Made by a program: the position numbers and the translations under genes. Positions 1-16,690 of a stretch of 64,000 nt of DNA are shown here, piece after piece (the stretch's first letter is position 1; each line of letters opens with the position of its first letter). The notes under the pieces were generated by a model that searched no databases, was not told the origin of the DNA, and saw only the letters and a program-made list of their open reading frames with translations. This DNA comes from the human T2T-CHM13v2.0 reference genome, Homo sapiens, in the NCBI RefSeq assembly GCF_009914755.1, contig NC_060928.1, one strand, 5' to 3'.

Positions 1-346
1 GCAGTTATCTTTTACTAAGTAAGACATATCACTTTCCTTTTCTTTCACAATTAAGTCATACACCATTGTGTCTACTAAAACCACACATTTTACAGTATCA
101 GTAACATTTCACCTAAAATGCAGAACCAAGTAACTAAAATCTGACCTTTGAACTTCAATTTCTACCAAGTAACTATAGATTACCAATAATATATAATTAA
201 ACTAAGGTCATGTGGTAAGTCTAAGAAGGCCTACTTTGGATAATTCTAAATTTGGATGACATAAGCCTGCACTAGCAAAGTCTTCTATCTAATAGCAGAA
301 AATGGCAAGCAGAGGACTAAAAGCGTCATTAAAGATATAGTACTTA

Positions 347-541
<195 letters not shown>

Positions 542-1828
542 CTATCAAATAATTTCACATTTAAATTAATTCTATTCTGCCTGCATATCAAGTATATGTA
601 ACATAAAGCACTTTATCTCATTCTAATGATTTAAAACCAAATCCAATTAGGCAAATGACTATAAGACTTGTGATTCAAAACTTGTAACAAGACAAGCTCT
701 CTAAACCAAGGAACAGTTATGTGTAATACTGATATGACACACACCCAAGTTGGGTAGACACAATCAGGAATACACTCGACAGTGTGACTATCCCATCATG
801 AAGTATTTCTCTATGCAATTTTAAAAAATCCAACTTACAACAAATTCTACTTTATAACAAACGTTTCTAAGAAAGTGTAACTTTTAAATTCTTACATAAT
901 TTGAGTTGCAAAATCAAGTGGAAATCATACCCCCTTGTAACTCTGAAGCTGTACTTTTATTTAATTCAATTCAAATTTGGTTTATAAGCCAGCAGAACCT
1001 AACTCTTAGCACCCAACTCTTTTGTAATCCTATCCTTTCCCCCTCAGGAGCAGTATGCACAATGGTAGCACCTTAGGTACCATCTTAAAATCAATTTTAA
1101 GAACTGCCAGTCTCAAATTTAACAGGACCTAGAGCAGCACCACTTCGTTAAGGGCAGCCAAAGGGTTGGGGGACCCCCAAGCACAAGTTAAATTGGTTGC
1201 CATGACGGCAGTACATTTTCCCCCAGTTCCATTATCAATATAAGCTAATGGATTCCCCAATTTTACAGTTTTCCAGTCACTTAACTGGAAAAGAACCATG
1301 GGAAAAATGTAAGTGCTCACCATATTATATGGAAATCCACTGCTAGAAGAGCATAACTGGTTTACATCAAAGCTTCCAAACGCCTATCAAACTCTAATGC
1401 TACAGGAAACATGGAGTTTTCTGCACAGTATCAGTACAGTAAAACTGATAAGGAATATTGGTGGCTGCACTATTATTACATTTTAGTTAGGTTGCTTCTG
1501 CAATTGGGGGTAACTTGTCACTAACAAATATCTGAAAGGGAGGGTAATTATGCTGATTCTCTAAAATCATATATATCTTTAAAACACTTTAAATGAACAA
1601 AAATAACTAAAGAAGTAGTATCTATCGGGTTCTGTAAATCCACAGACCTAGGTTTAAGTGGTTTTCTAGTCAGGCTATAAAGCCTTACTTACTGATATAT
1701 CCTCAATTCGGCAACCCTTTTACAAAGGCAAAATGTACTTTCAAAGATCTAGAAAGTGAAATTCACTCACTGGTGAACCAAAGATATTTAAAATTAATTC
1801 AAAATTCTCAAGGCAAGAATGTTCAGAT

Positions 1829-2129
1829 CTTTTGTTTTTTTGTTTGTTTTTTGAGATGGAATCTCACTCTGTTGACCAGGCTGGAGTGCAGTGGCATAAT
1901 CTTGGCTCACTGTAACCACCAAGGTTCAAGCGATTCTCCTACTTCAGCCTCCCAAGTAGCTGGGACTACAGGCACGTGCCACCACGCCTGGCTAATTTTT
2001 TGTATTTTTAGTAGAGACAGGGTTTCACCACGTTGGGCAAGCTGGTGTCGAACTCCTGACCTCAGGTGATGCACCCGCCTCAGCCTTCCAAAGTGCTGGG
2101 ATTATAGGCGTGAGCCACCATGCCTGGCC
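1829..2129 (-). mobile_element. Alu (AluS-like)
   Basis: Alu consensus; 14-bp TSD AAGAATGTTCAGAT at 1815-1828 and 2130-2143. Confidence 0.95.
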
Positions 2130-2601
2130 AAGAATGTTCAGATTTTTTAATTCACTCCGCTAAAATCAACAGCTTACCTCCACTTTAAAAACAAGACCAA
2201 CAAGTCAATTAGCAGCTCTCAGGACCCCTGTGCACTCACTCTGAAAATGACCGAGGATGCCAAGCTACTAATAAATTTACTGTTAAGAAATTAAAACTGA
2301 AAAATTGCTAAAATATTAATTCCTAACAATAAAACTCATTGTTTTAACACAAAATAACGCTTTCTATAAAAATGACTACTTTTCAAACAAAAAAACTTAG
2401 CTAGAAGAGTGCGTTTCCTTGTATTTTTACAAATTCTAGGATCCCTGAAATGGTTTCAAGGACTTTCAAGAACTCCCAGGCAATAGCTGGAGAACCAGTC
2501 AGTTAATGCATCTGTTCACATTTCTAAGGAAAACAGCATTAGGAAAAGAAAGAGGTCCTGAAATATGTAGGCTACTGGTGTATTCAAGCCAGGGATCCGG
2601 C

Positions 2602-2902
<301 letters not shown>

Positions 2903-3605
2903 AGGTCTAAGTTATTCTAAAGCCATTCCTCCTTTTCAGCTCTTTGCTTCCTCCACTTGAGGGCATCTTAAAACTGATCCTCGGTGTTCTAGTCTTCTTG
3001 TTTTACATAATATCCTGTGAAGTCTTATATGTTCTAACTTCTAATACTACCTATAATACATCAATGCCAATCCTAACTCTAGCTTTCATCTTAGAGCTAA
3101 CGGTCATTTCCACCTAGTTGGTATCCCAAATTCACACATTCAAAAGCAAAGCCATTTCTCACCTTCCTCCAAAATACTTGTAATTCCTAATATCCTGACT
3201 CCAATCCATTCTTTATTTTCTATTCCCAAGGCCCTTCACAGAATCGAAACTTTTGTTATGAGCTCTTACATGGTGTATCATCAATATGTTCACTAGACAG
3301 GAGTTTTTTTTAAAAAAAATCCTCATCATTCCTCTTCAATTCAAGAGCTCTGATGGCTTCCAGTCTATACAAGATATATTAAGGCTCAACTTACAGTTCC
3401 AGTCTCACCTGCCCCACCTCCACCTTCCCAAACCCTCTGTATTCTAGCCAGAGCATACCTGCATTCCCTTAGCTCAACATGTGTCCTTGCTCACACTGTC
3501 CCTTTGGTTGACCTAGCTTCAATTCCTTCCTCATGTGCAGTTATGTGTCTACTAAGCAGCAATGTGAAATGTCTTTATTGTAGGTCTGTCAAAAGCTAAA
3601 GTCAT

Positions 3606-3896
3606 GGCCCGGTGCAGTGGCTTGGGCCTGTAATCCCAGCACTTTGGGAGGCCCAGACAGGCCAATAACTTGAGGTCAGGATTTAGAGACCAGCCTGGCC
3701 AACAGGGTGAAACCCTGTCTCTATTAAAAATACAAAAAAAAAAAAAAAATAGCCAGGCATGGTGGTGCGCGCTTGTAGTCCCAGCTACTCAGGAGGCTGA
3801 GGCAGGAGAATCACTTGAACCCAGGAGGAGGAGGTTGCAGAAAGCCAAGATCATACCACTGCACTCCAGCTTGGGTGACAGAGCGAGACTTTGTCT

Positions 3897-3935
<39 letters not shown>
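3606..3935 (+). mobile_element. Alu with ~38-nt pure poly-A tail
   Basis: Alu body; TSD AAAAG(C/T)TAAAGTCAT on both sides. Confidence 0.95.
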
Positions 3936-3938
<3 letters not shown>

Positions 3939-4638
3939 AAAGTCATTACTTTAGATTTTGTTTAGAGAATTTTTCTGACAAGAACAAATCACCAAAAAAA
4001 GACTGGCTTTAATGGTTTGAGTCAAAGTTTAATAAGAGCATGCTAGGAAACATTTGAATGAAATTCACTTTTTAAACTGTTTGGTTTCCCTTCAAATCCC
4101 CCAGATGTGCTGCAATCCTCAGTATCCAAGTATCTTAATTACCCCTCTAAAAGTTAAATATTAATCCAAATAATCACAAACCTCATCTTGAGTTGACCTG
4201 ACTCCTTCTACACTAACCATTAATAAACTCATCTCTGAAATGAGGCTACCCATAATCAGACCACAGAATAGCAGTATGAAATATAAAACTTTAGATATAA
4301 AGACAAAAGGTACAAAGTTTTAAATATTGAGCCCACCAAAATCCATAATCCATGTAACCCAGGACAATCCACTAAACCTAAGTTTCTCATAAACTTAAAC
4401 CTCATTTTGCTCATCTGTAAAGTGGTGATGAATATCTTCCTGCAGGGTTATAGAAAAACGTAAATGAGCTAATACATGTAAAGTATACAGTGTCTGGCTT
4501 TACCCAAATATCAATTAAATAGTAAGTTCAGAGTTACAGTCTTTCTTGTAGTTTGAAAATTCTTAAAATTTCCGTAAGGTGATTTTTGAATACCCTAACA
4601 TCAATTCTAAGTTTTCCTTCATTAAAAAAGAAAAATTG

Positions 4639-4890
4639 GCAAGGCTAAGGCAGGAGGATTGCTTTAGCTCAGGAGTTCAAAACCTCAACTCTACAAAAAT
4701 TTTATTTAAAAATTAGCCAGGCACTGGTGGCATATGCCTGTGATCCCAGCTACTTGGGAGGCTGAGGCAGGAGGATCGCTTCAGCTCAGGAGGTTGACGC
4801 TGTGTTCATACCACTGCACTCCAGCATGGGTGAAAGACTGTCTCAACAACAACACAAAAATTAAAAAAAAAAAAAAGAAAAGAAAAGAAG
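4639..4890 (+). mobile_element. Degraded Alu (AluJ-like)
   Basis: Partial left arm, right arm with GGAGGATCGCTT, A-rich tail. Confidence 0.85.
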
Positions 4891-5834
4891 AATGGTACTA
4901 AGGCTCAGTCTATAATAAAAGCTTCCTATTTTGGTTGCTACAGTACCTTCAAAATGTCTCCATGCACATGTAACTTTAGAAAAAGATAAATTGTGTATGC
5001 GGTATGTTCAATCTCTGCATGGTAAGACAGGTAATTCACTTCAATACTTTCCTGAATTTTTCAAAGTTTCTACAATGATCAGGGACTGCTACTTTTGAAA
5101 CCAGAAATTTTTAATTGATGGTTCAGGCTTAAGTGTATAAAGACAGTTACTTCTCACCCACAGCAAGAAAATGCAAATTAAAAAGTACATTAGAATGCAA
5201 TTTTTCACCTATTGGATTTGTAAAAATTCACGTTTTAATAGTTTCCCACGTGTTCTCCTACATGCTCATGGAAAGGTAAATTGATACGCTCCCTCTGGAA
5301 GGCTATCCAGCTTTCTGTATCACAATTACAAATGATCTTCTGACCCAGCAATTTCTGCTTCCTACAGAAACACTTGACCCATGCAAAACAACCATGGGAA
5401 ACAGTCTAAATGTCTATCAACAGGGGTCTAGTTAATAATAGCCCATCCATGTTTAAAAAATATCCTAGCTATATTACAAATAACACACTAGTAACAGTGT
5501 TTAGTTCTATGGGAGGGAGGACGACTAGATGGACAAAAGTCACCGGTATAGACTTTATATTACTTTGGCATTTCATTTTTTGCATGGTTCAAAATACCAT
5601 ATTAAATACAAACGACAAAAATCTACCCCAGTGATTTCTCCACCCAAGTACCAGAAAACAAACTGTGGGTCCCTAAATCTGTACTGTCCGGGAGTCAAAA
5701 TACCTCTGCCATACATAAGGTAACAAAATTTGAAAAGCGAGCACCACTATTTTCCCCTAGATTCAGGGGAGAGGTGTTCTCTATAGGATTTCCACTCTGA
5801 AATTCAGAGTGCCAATTAAACATCAAATCAGCTA

Positions 5835-6398
<564 letters not shown>

Positions 6399-8270
6399 TT
6401 AGAATTCAGATTCTGAATTTTATGCAGAATGTTCACGGTAGCGTTATAATCACAAAGAGAGTAAATGTCCAACGTTCAAATGAATAAAAAGTCCAATGGA
6501 TTATGTAACTATCAGAAATAATAAAAAATACCCTACAATCAAGGGTTTCCCATTCTCCACCACAAACATCTTTCCCTTCCTTGCTGATGCCCCACCTTCC
6601 TTAACTTTTAACATTAGGTGAGGTAACACAAGAACTCAGTCTGCTGCAAGTAAAACCCCTCCTACTTAGACAACAGAAATCAGATACTGAGGGTAGGATG
6701 AAGAAAGGATAGGTCCAAATTGAGTAAAAGAAGATGGCATCTCAATCTTTCTCAAATTCTCCTTCAATTTGTGAAGAGGTATTTTGTGCACTAAAAGTAT
6801 ATTCAGAAGTTAGCACAAACACTGCTACTGGAGATAAAGACAACTCCACCTCACATCATTACAGTCAACAGTGGTGGGTTTTGCTCAATACTTTTATAAT
6901 CCACTTCTAATAAATTACTTTAATATTCCTTTCTTTGCCATAGGACGATGTTCGGTTGTAATGCAAAGTGAAAAGAGCATAGTACAATGTTATACCTGTC
7001 AATATCTCAACTAATACAAATACGAATTACAGGACTGCAGAATTTGTTTTCTTAGTTATACTTTCCAGCACTTTCCCAATTTTGTTCAGTAAATGTATAT
7101 TGCTTTATTAAAAAAACTGAAATTAAAACTTTTATTCCTTCTTGCTTGTTTACTCTTGCATTTTAACCTAAACAGCAACAGCAAAACACTGAAAGCACTC
7201 TATAAATCTATGTACCTTGGTCTACCATAAAATGAAACATAGCCAAATTAAAAATAAGCTTTGCTAAACACTATTAAGTTGTTTAACATGTTAAAATTAT
7301 GCAGGTAGCCACTCTATTAAACCTGGGTCAATTTTAAGTAGTCAATGCTGGTATCTACTTCCAGTTACTAGAGATTGACCTTAATAAGTCATTTTAAAAG
7401 TATCTATGCTAAGAACTTCACAAGCAGAATGGCTGCAGGTTGTTCATATGCGTTGTGGCTGAAAGCAGCCTCTGGGAGACTGGTGGTGGGAATAAAATAA
7501 AATAATCTATGCTTGTTCATTTTACTAATCCAGTTTACTTCAGACCAAGTCCATCAGCAGAGAAATTTGCCTCAAGATCTTTAAACCCAGACTTGAAATA
7601 ATGAGACATGACGGAGCTATGACACAAGCCCCGAAACATGTCATTGTTCCTTACCCACAATACACAAAAGTACAAATTCCCTGTGCTCCAAGTGCAGTTG
7701 TGTGACATGTACAAATTTACTCAAAAAGGGGAAAAGCCATATATATGCATATATAAACATGAAAAGTGATTTTCCCCTCTTCCATCCCAATGTTCACCTT
7801 CTACAAAAATCACAGAGCATACAAGCCAGAACTGTATGAAGCCTCTCATTTCACCTGGCATAAACAGAAAGAAAATCAATGGGAAAGAAAAGTCAAAGGA
7901 TAACTTAATAAACATAAAATGAAGTCTCACAATTCAATACTTGAGAGTCTGGACCTATCTTCTGAAATATGCCATCAACTATCTTTGCTTCTCCTGCTTC
8001 TGGCCTAAGGTGACTGTTAATTAAGTGTTTACATTGCTCCAAAATGCCAACGAGGTGTAGTTTATAATAAGAGTACACAGAAATGTGCCCAGCAAAGTAA
8101 GAAGCACTGTACTCACAAATGGTTCAAATACTTGACACCTTAAAGATCATACAGCTAGAAAAGAACTCTTAAAGAACATCTGGTCTGAACAAAAAGGATT
8201 CATGTTTCTAGTATTCACTCAACCATGGGGGAAGGAGGAGATGACAAAAAATATAATTGAAACAACTTCC

Positions 8271-8560
8271 TTTTTTTTGAGATAGGATCTTGCTCCATTA
8301 CCCGGGTTGGAGTGCAGTGGCTCACTGGATCATGGCTCACTGCAATATCAAACTTCTGGGTTCAAGTGGTCCTCTCACCTCAGCCTCCCGAGTAACTGGG
8401 ACTACAGGCATGCACCACCACGCCTCGCTAATTTCTTATTTTTGTAGAGATAAGGGTCTCACCATGTTGCCCAGGATGGTTTTCAACTCCTGGGATCAAG
8501 CAATCTCTTGCTTCAGCCTCCCAACGTGCTGGGATTACCGATGAGCTACCATGCCCAGCC
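8271..8560 (-). mobile_element. Alu (AluJ-like)
   Basis: Reverse Alu with GATCATGGCTCACTGC and other J-type features. Confidence 0.9.
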
Positions 8561-9420
8561 TAGTTTAATGATTTCTATACTTCTAGCATAGTACCAGGCA
8601 ATTAAGACATGGTCAAGAGTTACAAAATTTGGGGGAAGAGAGGTGACAAAGTAAATCATGTATTATATATTGCCTTAGTTTGTTAAAGTAATACCTATAC
8701 TAACAAAGATTTTTTCAGGGGCCCACTTCATCAGATGCTTCATTACCAAACCAAACAAAGGATGTATAAAATACATTCTAAAGATAAAAGGTTAGCTGCT
8801 GATCAAGCAATGGCGACAGCTGTGGTATTAAGATAAAAGGAATGCTGGAATCACCATTGCAAGACACTGCCTCAATTTACTGATCTGCAAAATGAAGAGC
8901 ATTTTCAGATACTTTTAGTCTCAGATTAAAGTAAGAAAACAGGGAGGATGCAGGAGGCAAATTCAGACACCTGGAAATGTTGCTTATGGCTCAAACTACC
9001 TTCCTTCGATGAGAGAGGGAGTACAAATGAAAGGTGAGTAAAAGGGGAAAATCAAACCCTCCACTTCATAAATATTTGTCAACTATTGTGCACATGCGTG
9101 TTTTCTTTTTTAAAAGATACTTTTTATTATAAAGGAGTTTTGTTCTTAAAAGTTTACTAGTTGAAGTATAAGGGTTTTTAAAAACTGGTATCAAGTCAGT
9201 GCTTCAGACACAGCCACACCACGAGCAGGGAGGGAGGTATGACATGACACAGTTGTTGAACATACTGCTCTGTACTGTGTCTCAGTTCAATCTTGGCTCA
9301 AGACTTAAGCCAACTATAGGATCACAGTTATTTCTTCCCTCACCTATAAGATGTGGCTATCAATATGTTTTGTAGAGTATAGATAGGATTAAATGAGTTA
9401 ATATATGTGATGTGCTTTAA

Positions 9421-9762
<342 letters not shown>

Positions 9763-9824
9763 AATATTGGTTATTATTAAAGATCTTTTTAAGTTCTAAT
9801 ACCATGTTAAAATTCTACATGGAG

Positions 9825-10120
<296 letters not shown>

Positions 10121-10202
10121 TTCTACATGGAATAATAACAGGCACTGAAGTACTGCTAAGGAAGACATTAACTGGTCATCAAAATCATGATATTTTAAAT
10201 AA

Positions 10203-10515
<313 letters not shown>

Positions 10516-10717
10516 AATAAGCACTGCTTTTTATCCGTCAATCTTATTTCCAGGAACCTCTCAAGGATGTGTGCAAATACGTATGTATAAGGATGTTCAT
10601 CAAACTTCTCATTTATAAAATAGCAACAAGTGGAAAACTACCTAAATATCAATGAACAGGATATTGGTTAAATAAGTGATGTCATACCTTTACAACTGGA
10701 GTACTATGGCAGTCAAT

Positions 10718-11025
10718 CTATTTATTTTTTATTATTTTTTTTTTTTGAGATGGAGGCTCGCTCTGTTGCCCAGGCTGGAGTGCAGTGGCACAATCTCGGC
10801 TCACTGCAAGCTCCGCCTCCCGGGTTCATACCATTCTTCCTCAGCCTCCCAGAGTAGCTGGGACTACAGGTGCCTACCACCACACCCGGCTAATTTTTTG
10901 TATTTTTAGTAGAGACAGGGTTTCACCGTGTTAGCCAGGATGGTCTTGATCTCCTGACCTCGTGATCCACCCGCCTCGGCCTCCCAAAGTGCTGGGATTA
11001 CAGGCGTGAGCCATTGCGCCCGGCC
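10718..11025 (-). mobile_element. Alu (AluY-like)
   Basis: GCAAGCTCCGCC and GTGTTAGCCAGGATGG diagnostics; TSD TATGGCAG(T/C)CAAT. Confidence 0.93.
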
Positions 11026-14019
11026 TATGGCAGCCAATTTAAAAGCGTAATGTGTACCTACAGTTAATGACATTTCTGAGTGGAAAAAAAAATCAAAGTA
11101 CAAAATAACACGCGTTGATCCCACTGATATTAAATTTTATAGTTCATATTTTTGAGTCAATATGCAGAGATCTTAGAAAATGTTCACCAAAAACTGTTAT
11201 CCAAAGATGGAGATGAAGATTTTAGGGAATGCCTTCTTTAAACCTTTGAGTATAAACATTTCTTATGTTCCCTGTGGCAAGTTCATTTAACCTCATCTAC
11301 CATACAGGATTGTAGTGAAAATGTGCATGCTCCACAAATGTTATCACAGTATTAATACATTAGCTTTACTTTCCCATAATTAACAGAAAAAACTCTTATC
11401 AGGTGGTAATATCAAAAACCAACATCAAAATGAAAAACGCCCCTAACATCGAAAACTTTTTTCCATACTTCAACAGTAAGTATGGAAAATTATTACTTTC
11501 GGTAATTGTATAGTGAAGATTCTGTGGGTTGACAAAAAGAAGAAATGAGGCCAGAATATGCAACAGAAACCTATAATAACTTCACCTGATTTCAAAGTTA
11601 AAATATGCCAGGAGTAAATAAAGCCTTATATAGTTTGGGAGCATTAATATAAGTGAAATCTCCCACTGAATTACCTTCCCTTCTCAGTACTGCAGAAACC
11701 CTATCTGGCAGTGGAGTTTGTAAGACTGACAAGCTTATGCTCTCCAATAAAACCACTTGCTTATCAGGGAAAAAAAAAATCTGCAGGATTGCATGGCAGT
11801 CAACAAGTGACTTAAAATTATCGAGTATGAAAAAATTCTGAGGCCGATAAACACCTTAAGTCCACTGTTAAATAAAACCAGTTCAAGGATAAATGGCACT
11901 CAAATGACATAGAAATGACTATAAAAACTTCCCTCTACTATTTCTTATAACTTGGGCATTATTCCAAAGATGAACTCTCCTTTATCCATAGGCAAATTCT
12001 AAATAATATACAAGGGAATCATAAAGCTACCATTAGACTCCAAAAGTCAACCTTTTTACTAAGGATATCTGTTTTTGCAAGAGAAAGTAAACAATCGCAC
12101 ATACATATGGTGGGACCACTAATCCCAAGGGGAACATTTTAAATGGTGCACATATGCACAAATACAAATGAATTCATTCATTCCCTCCCAGAATATTTTG
12201 TTCCAATCTGACCTCCTGTGAGAGACATCAGTTCCAGATGACAGCAATTTATTTTTGCCTTAGAGAAATCAAGAACTAAGTGTTCCCTACTTTACCAACG
12301 CATTATAAATGTCATTAAAATAGGCTGTAATGACTCTTAACTACAGTACTGAACTGTGTGCTGCTGAGTGAAAATGACAAAGGCAGGGTTCCAGATCCTG
12401 CTGTAAACTTGCACAAGCCACCTTAACTCTGTTCTCCACTTCTCATTCCTTGATTGGAGCCGCGTATAGTCTTTTTTAAGTTGCTTCCAGCTCTGAGTCT
12501 GTGACATACAGCTCAGAGGTATTAACGTTTTGTGGGGCGTAATGGTGGGGGAGGGTGATAGCCTAAAGAGAGTCTGTCTTACAATGTCATTGTCTTTTTT
12601 ACAATGCCTAATATCGTAAACTAAATAACTCACAAAATTAAAATGTGACATGCTTTTGCTTTCTATTGAATAATTCAACATATGGCAAAGCCTCAAAAAG
12701 TACACCCTATCCTGGCTTATACTCTACAATGACACTAAACATATCCCTGGAAATCAATTTCAATGAAGAACTTTAGCTGAAAAATTCAAAACAGCTATAC
12801 AGGTGACTTGACACAGTGATTCTGTATCACAAGTACACAATAAAATGATACAATTATGCAAAGTATTTGGCTACTCGGGCTTTTGTGGGTTTTGCCTGAA
12901 TTATCCAAACAGGTCTTTGTACTTCATCAATGAAAACACACAAGGGACAAGAAATGATTTTCACGAAATTGCTTAAATTAACTGCTAAATTCCTCTGTAC
13001 CTTTAAGGAAAGGAATCTGGAACACCAAGAGTTTGTGTAAGTATTTCAACTCTCAACCTCCACATGGGCGGTGTTTCGCCATAAATACTAAAAACACGTT
13101 TTGAACATGATCCCTGTATTTCAAAAGCTACTTATGAAGAAAAGTGGGACATGCATAGAAAATAAATGATGAAAAAAAAAAACAATGCCTTCTAATCCCT
13201 CCCCATGGGACGATGTTCAGTAACCAGTTTTAACCAAAGCAGGAAATACAGGAGATGGCGGGAGCGTAGGCAGAGAGCGGAAGTTTGCTAGTATCTACTT
13301 TGAAGTGTTTGAATGGACCAAGGCACGCTCTCTCCCGCCAAACTATAAACTCAGTCGCCCCAAAACACCAGCCTTCCAGCCCATCAGGTATATTACTCCA
13401 CGTTTTCCTTTCTCCCGGCAGGTCCTCTACTCCCACCTCCCCCGAGAACTCCCTATTTGCTGGCTTCTCTCAACTCCCGCCACCCCCATCCCAGCCTACA
13501 TTATGATCCACGCGCTGCTCTCACTTTCCGCCCTCCGCCTTTCCCGTCTGGAGTGCCTGGCCGCGCCCCCACCCAGGCCCTCCCCACGGCCCCTCTGGCT
13601 GGGAAGTGCCTGCTGCCCTTGGAAGCGAATACTCCCACCGCGCCCTCCCCCACCCTCTCCTCCGGCTCCAGGCCTTCCTCGGGAACCGAGGCCACGAGGT
13701 CCGCGGTTCACTCCCGCCCGACGCCCTCGCAAATGACTCCCGCTCGGTTCGGCCTGGGGGAGGAGGCGCCCTCATGGCTACTGCAGGCCTCTCCACCCTC
13801 CGGACTGGGCTGGGCAGCGGCCCCGTCGCACGCAACCCCCCGCGCCCTTGCCGGGCCGAACGGGCGCCGCGCTTCTCCTACCCGCCGCTAGTGAACCCAG
13901 CCCAGAGAGAAACAAAGGCTCGGGCTCCAGGACCCGCTCGGCCAGGCCAGCCCCGGCCCGCTCCCTGCCAGGACCCCAACAAAGCCCGAGCTGCCGCCTC
14001 GCGCCCCCGGCCTGGCTTA

Positions 14020-14517
<498 letters not shown>

Positions 14518-14697
14518 TTAGGAAATCCTATTCATTTCTATTACCCCGGCTTTAAGGGAATCTCAGACCCAGAGAGGTTGAGAAACGAATGAAGATCGTA
14601 CAGCTAATAAGTGGCAGAGCCGGGATTGGAACCCAGCTATTTAGTAACTCCAGATCTGGAACTTGCGGCCACTGCGCTACCCTCAGTTGCAGTGAGG

Positions 14698-15035
<338 letters not shown>

Positions 15036-15545
15036 TCATGATCTATTTTGCCCTTTTCTTGCCCAGCACGGACACCATGCACCCAAGCTATAGATGTTTT
15101 TAACTAGAATACAGAGAATTCGCAGTGAGGGCACAATTTGCTTTTTTGTTTTTTGTTTTTCTGTGCCTATTAATGCACTTTCGCAGTGTTAAATAACACC
15201 CTGCAAGGTAGTTGTTATTTTGTAGACGTAGACGCAAAGGCTGAGGAAGGTTACATCTCCTAGCCATAAGGGCTGTACCTAAAGCCGTAACAAGGAGGTG
15301 GGGCAAGATGACTCTAAGGATTTTTGTGGATCTCTCCCCCTAGAATATGTCTGCTTCCTCAGTTGCATTTGTTCCCAGAAGAAATGCACAAGAAAAGATC
15401 TGTGGACCATCTGCAGCAGGGTGATCTCTGTTGTTCATGGAATGGCTTGGTTTGGCTGCCCTGGAAGACCATACTCTGGTTCTTATCCAAATCTCAGGAC
15501 TGCAATTGCTAGGATTAAATGCAACTTAAATATTGCAACTGATGA

Positions 15546-15953
<408 letters not shown>

Positions 15954-15989
15954 TGAAATATTCAGTACAACTTTCTATCCTAAATGTAC

Positions 15990-16690
15990 CATAGTCCCTA
16001 CTTTGTCCCTGGTTTTGCTTTCACAGTACAGTAAGATATTCTGAGAGAAAGACCACATTCACATAGCTTCTATTACAGTATAGATTCTCCTTGACTTATG
16101 ATGGGGTGATGGCCATCGCAAAGCCATCGTAAACTGAAAATGTTGTAAGTTGAACATGCAGTTAATATACCGATAAACCCATCGTGAAGTCAAAAAATCT
16201 GGTCAAACAATTGTAAGTCAAGACTGTCTGTATGTTGTTATAAATGTTTTATTATTAGTTGTTAATATCTTACTGTGCCTAATTTATAAGTTACACTTTA
16301 TCATAATTACATATGTATAGGAAAAAACTGAAATTAAAATGATGAGTTGGCCTTCTATTATCTGTGGGTTCCTTATCCCTGGATTCAATCAACTGCAAAT
16401 CAAAAATATATTTTTCTTTAAAAATGGATGGTTGCATCTGTATTGAACATGTACAGACTTTTTCTTGCTCTTATTTCTTAAACAATACAGTATAACAGCT
16501 ATTTCCATAGCAATTACATTGTATTAGGTATTATAAGTGATCTAGTGATGATTAAGTATACAGAAGAATGTGCATAGGTTATATGCAAATACTGTACTAT
16601 TTTATATCAGACACTTGAACCTCCACGGACTTTAGTGTCGGCAGTTTCTCCTGGAACCAATCCCTAGTGGATACTGAGGGACAATTGTGT
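15990..16690. mobile_element. TcMar-Tigger MITE cluster: MER44-like interrupted by Tigger4-like (16081-16230), then MER2-like (~16345-16688)
   Basis: Tigger4-like TIRs AGATTCTCCTTGACTTA...TAAGTCAAGACTGTCTG with TA flanks; MER2-like end GGAACCAATCCC...GGATACTGAGGGAC. Confidence 0.7.
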
